DNA from: Dipteris shenzhenensis | Lineage: Eukaryota | Assembly: GCA_047967505.1 (NCBI GenBank) | Contig: CM106538.1 | Strand: one strand, 5' to 3' | DNA length: 64,000 nt | Shown: positions 62,701 through 64,000 of the stretch, piece by piece | Layout: every line of letters begins with the position of its first letter | How positions within the stretch are numbered: the first letter of the stretch is position 1 | The notes under the pieces: model-generated | Databases searched by the model: none | Told to the model about the DNA's origin: nothing | Seen by the model: only the letters and a program-made list of their open reading frames with translations | Program-made: the position numbers and the translations under genes

Positions 62701-64000
62701 AACACTAACAGGGGGTCAAACTGTCATGAAAACTGCCCTCCACCCATGCTAATTTCACTTGAGCAGGATGCTCCCTCAAGACTCCACCTTCATCAATGAT
62801 CCACCACTCATAAAGTTCGCCTAGAATAGGGTAAGTAGCTCCCTTAGTGGCTCGGGAAATGGATGGACCATGTGTGCAATAAGCAACTGAATAAAAAGAA
62901 CTTTTAAGGCTTTGAAAGAAAGAAAAGGGAAGAGACACTCAAGAGAGGGAATACGAAGTGATCTTCATTGTCAATAGAGTGAGACTCCACTCCAATGCAA
63001 CTCAAAATACTACAAACACAAGGGAGAAGAAGACGTTTCATATGTACAAGAGGGAGCGGAAGCTCCAAGACTACTCATAGAGAGAGACTGAACTAGAGAG
63101 AGATGGACTTAAGAGTCTACATAAGAGAATATCTACAAGAGGGAGAGAAGGCTCATGGAAGAGGCTTGAGGAGACTAGAGCTACAGCAACACGAGGCCTA
63201 ATGGTGGAAGATATGATGAACAAGGGAGAGGAGGGCTCCTTTTATAGAGATTTTGTCACCCTCCTTCACCCATTTACAATTGCTACCTGTAGATTCTTTT
63301 CCCCATCAATCACATAAGCCCGTATGTCACCATCCATGTTCTTTTTGGCTAGTCTTGCCATGTGTCCCATCAAAAGATGCTCAAGACTCTTGAAATATTG
63401 AGAAAGTCAAGAGTCTCCCCACATGGAGCCCATAGGGACCCTCTCTTTTCCATATGTCCACACCCTCCTTATTCCACATGGGAATTCTAGAAGGATTCCT
63501 CTTGACTCCACACTCCTCCACATGCCTTCCACACGCTTGGCATGTGGCCTCTCTTATATTGTTGGAGCACATGGACATGAGCCCACCTCTTTATATGACT
63601 CACTCTTCCTATTTTCTAAAAACCCCATAATATCCCATACACAAATAACTCTCACCCCATACCAAGGTATTTATAATTCATACCTATGGTATTTACAATG
63701 ATCCATTCCACTCATCCTCTCAATCCCATACAATATCTTAGAAAATAGAAATAAGTGAGAGCCGCTAGGCTATCACTTGATACTCAAACTCTTATCAAAC
63801 ATAGAAGAAAACAATACCAATGCCAAATAAAAAATATCAATTTTTGGCGTCACACTGCCATACATGCTTGCGTGTCAGACCAAGGAGTCAAAAAGGAGAA
63901 CCTTGGTCTGTGGTTTCTAGGAATGCGATTGGAAGCATTGTCTCTCTAGTTGAGCAAGGGAGATGTAGCTTCTGCTTAGGCGGGCCTACCTCCTTGGTCT

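Larger units (their letters stand above)
49856..63854 (-). mobile_element. Degraded Ty3/gypsy LTR retrotransposon of the Tat group
   Basis: Direct repeat 49856-50283 and 63426-63854 (about 10 differences, TGTGA start on the minus strand); PPT at 50284-50296; domain order PR-RT-RH-aRH-INT. Left LTR truncated, no TSD found. Confidence 0.9.

Overview
TE-dense land-plant genomic DNA (spliceosomal introns, heavy C-to-T decay). It is a stack of nested insertions with one host-type pseudogene, a bulb-lectin/S-domain/PAN membrane protein at 5388-6746 (-). Resolved nests: (1) a repeat array holding a truncated Ty1/copia element (7713-19645, TSD GTTGG), whose LTR holds a near-intact CACTA element (9098-19438, TSD GAA); (2) an unclassified repeat holding a 15.1-kb TIR element (27087-42181), which holds a near-complete copia element (33331-39107, TSD GGCCC); (3) a truncated second CACTA copy (43328-46997); (4) a decayed Sola-like transposase gene holding a Tat-type gypsy element (49856-63854), which holds a hAT element (54035-60174, TSD GCATCTAT). 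The main finding is the TIR element at 27087-42181. It encodes an intron-containing transposase whose motifs align by eye, in order, with the RAG1/Transib catalytic core. It also carries a divergent histone H3 gene with a roughly 270-aa tail, a probable BAH-domain gene, unknown ORFs and a 184-nt fold-back hairpin. All of these are pseudogenised in this copy. Family assignments are manual motif recognition, not database searches.
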